Under the pieces are notes generated by a model. It did not search any database and was not told where the DNA came from. It saw only the letters and a list, made by a program, of their open reading frames with translations. This document shows positions 33,701-34,102 of a DNA stretch of 34,102 nt, piece after piece (the first letter of the stretch is position 1; each line of letters begins with the position of its first letter). The position numbers were made by a program, and so were the translations under genes. The stretch lies in the NCBI GenBank assembly GCA_052055015.1, contig JBQJIT010000077.1; one strand, written 5' to 3'. Source of the stretch: Malassezia furfur (taxonomy: Eukaryota).

Positions 33701-34102
33701 CCACGTCGGATCTGACGATTTCCAAATCCGTGATTATGACCGGGTTTAATAACCTAAAGAATGCCGTCACGATCACTACGTATGATCTGCCGTCCAACGA
33801 CCCCGCAGGGGGTATCCATTTGACCGCAGTGGCAGAGATCCAAAATCCGTCACAAGTTGGCATTCAGCTCACCCGGTTTGGGACCACAGCGTGGCGTAAT
33901 AATACGGATTTGGGTCCCGTCGCGGCACAAAGTGAGTTTATTCTTCAGCCTCTTTCCAAGACAACGCTGTCGCTGGCCGGTCGTCTTCAGCACCAATCCA
34001 GCAAACATGATCTTGCGACGCTGTCCCAGACGTTTACGGATGTGGTACACGGCAAAACCATCCCGGTAGAAATTCATGGCGAATACGCTGGGCCGTCGGA
34101 CG
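30715..34102 (+). CDS. Large single-pass membrane protein with repeated DUF3712/LEA-2-like beta-sandwich domains; 3'-truncated (>1100 aa in window, absent from the ORF track because it runs off the edge)
   Basis: ATG at 30715 is followed by a TM helix (LLLFTFVLLPILFIVNLVIILLPVLYAIA). The same frame was spot-checked through to the window end. Repeated motifs DFQLP..D..GGI...NPSPFGMQLG and YDLPSNDPAGGI...NPSQVGIQL, plus AEIGLPFGFPLNI. Confidence 0.82.
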   Translation, partial: MSSYKGGADVRRRNPYSDDHDEHFGARGQTGYHEAGKPIGYFAARKTPYAKKLVSKKLLLFTFVLLPILFIVNLVIILLPVLYAIANHTLNVSVMHIYSSNITDPHNDYFPLSLEGQVVKAGVFPAHLYFRKPTQVMWMTPPEAGEMQEVQLGHFDLDYIGVAAGHGRIKQKTVFRIDNQEMFALFTKYMITNEEFTWRLYCPDVHVEALSFIPTWSNLKLTKDVVFNGIDNFKDVEIVDFQLPNADKEGGIAFYATTILRNPSPFGMQLGRLEFDLYYKGLLLGPAFSPNVNLTPNVNLVNLQGRLTPYTNNQTALNILGELMTRYINGEVSPTQAVGKSVTTSSGVTPSWLEEGIKALTINVPFKSPIPINPIKSIVIKQFNLTYLADSDPYAPTASSDSLSAEIGLPFGFPLNIVSAKNEITLVDDKTNTPMVVVDGVYSNSETQLDIVASGQTAGTLYLTLRPSLMRLPEQTDAARKEFQYFQKEFVFSGVDTKLFNGSSVAVTDTPVGRIVLNGIKFSVQSGLLGLQGLNHYPTTINGVDVIGGTSEGLKLAVNTTIINPSNVNVQSGNVTLLFLNHDVIGNVYLENLNLVIGENNITAISTFSPKVSPYGYETLNRYVSGLDTPVNISGFEGSTPIDSLVPAFSAMRLNSTLSGLKTSLVQQASLQVLNTTGIKDDVAHSIVNLNNPFTAALQITHITTNVSIHGIFVAQIDTDLDFSAAGKAVTPSPSIPLHLNLYPPDMFALVRALALQAGEDVRQLDGIVKIGGYTYSNTTSANSDRKPSKRSIDEAQLAAESSEHTLTKRKTNMYTGFNLPNFVDKAFTVASANLEIVSQSKIGDYQTPITFSQQNVPMKTDSSLNLLLPVLAKPIVQKIIDGSNLVISRVTILNPAQNNFQVHLVGSITNAGPFDAVIRFPQGLQLSWNNQVLGQIVMPNIQLEAEDGAQIDLEAEFAVRNTDALTTFTKFLVTEPSFVWEITGEGLAVDAIGITTSDLTISKSVIMTGFNNLKNAVTITTYDLPSNDPAGGIHLTAVAEIQNPSQVGIQLTRFGTTAWRNNTDLGPVAAQSEFILQPLSKTTLSLAGRLQHQSSKHDLATLSQTFTDVVHGKTIPVEIHGEYAGPSD

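Overview
Gene-dense, GC-rich fungal genomic DNA. The compactness, tiny introns and gene content suggest a Malassezia-like basidiomycete yeast (inference). Seventeen protein-coding loci lie almost end to end: partial RSC8/SWI3-like subunit, NHX1, a CENP-H-like kinetochore protein, SRP101, MRPL3, LST8, PMT2, two tandem SSU1/TDT anion transporters (the second with an in-frame TAG), a short Zn2Cys6 protein, eIF4A, NCBP3-like, VSB1-like SulP-STAS-cNMP transporter, SDO1/SBDS, a DUF89/ARMT1 phosphatase, INO1, ARP5 and the 5' part of a giant DUF3712-repeat membrane protein. The most striking observation is at 23378-25850: a complete YggS/PLPBP pyridoxal-phosphate-binding domain is inserted in frame into the middle of the DUF89 damage-control phosphatase. 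The insert is also bracketed by phase-0 splice-like signals that would excise it in frame. The second observation is 25 predicted spliceosomal introns of only 21-37 nt (median 23) and several micro-exons. All family assignments come from motif recognition by eye; no database searches were run.
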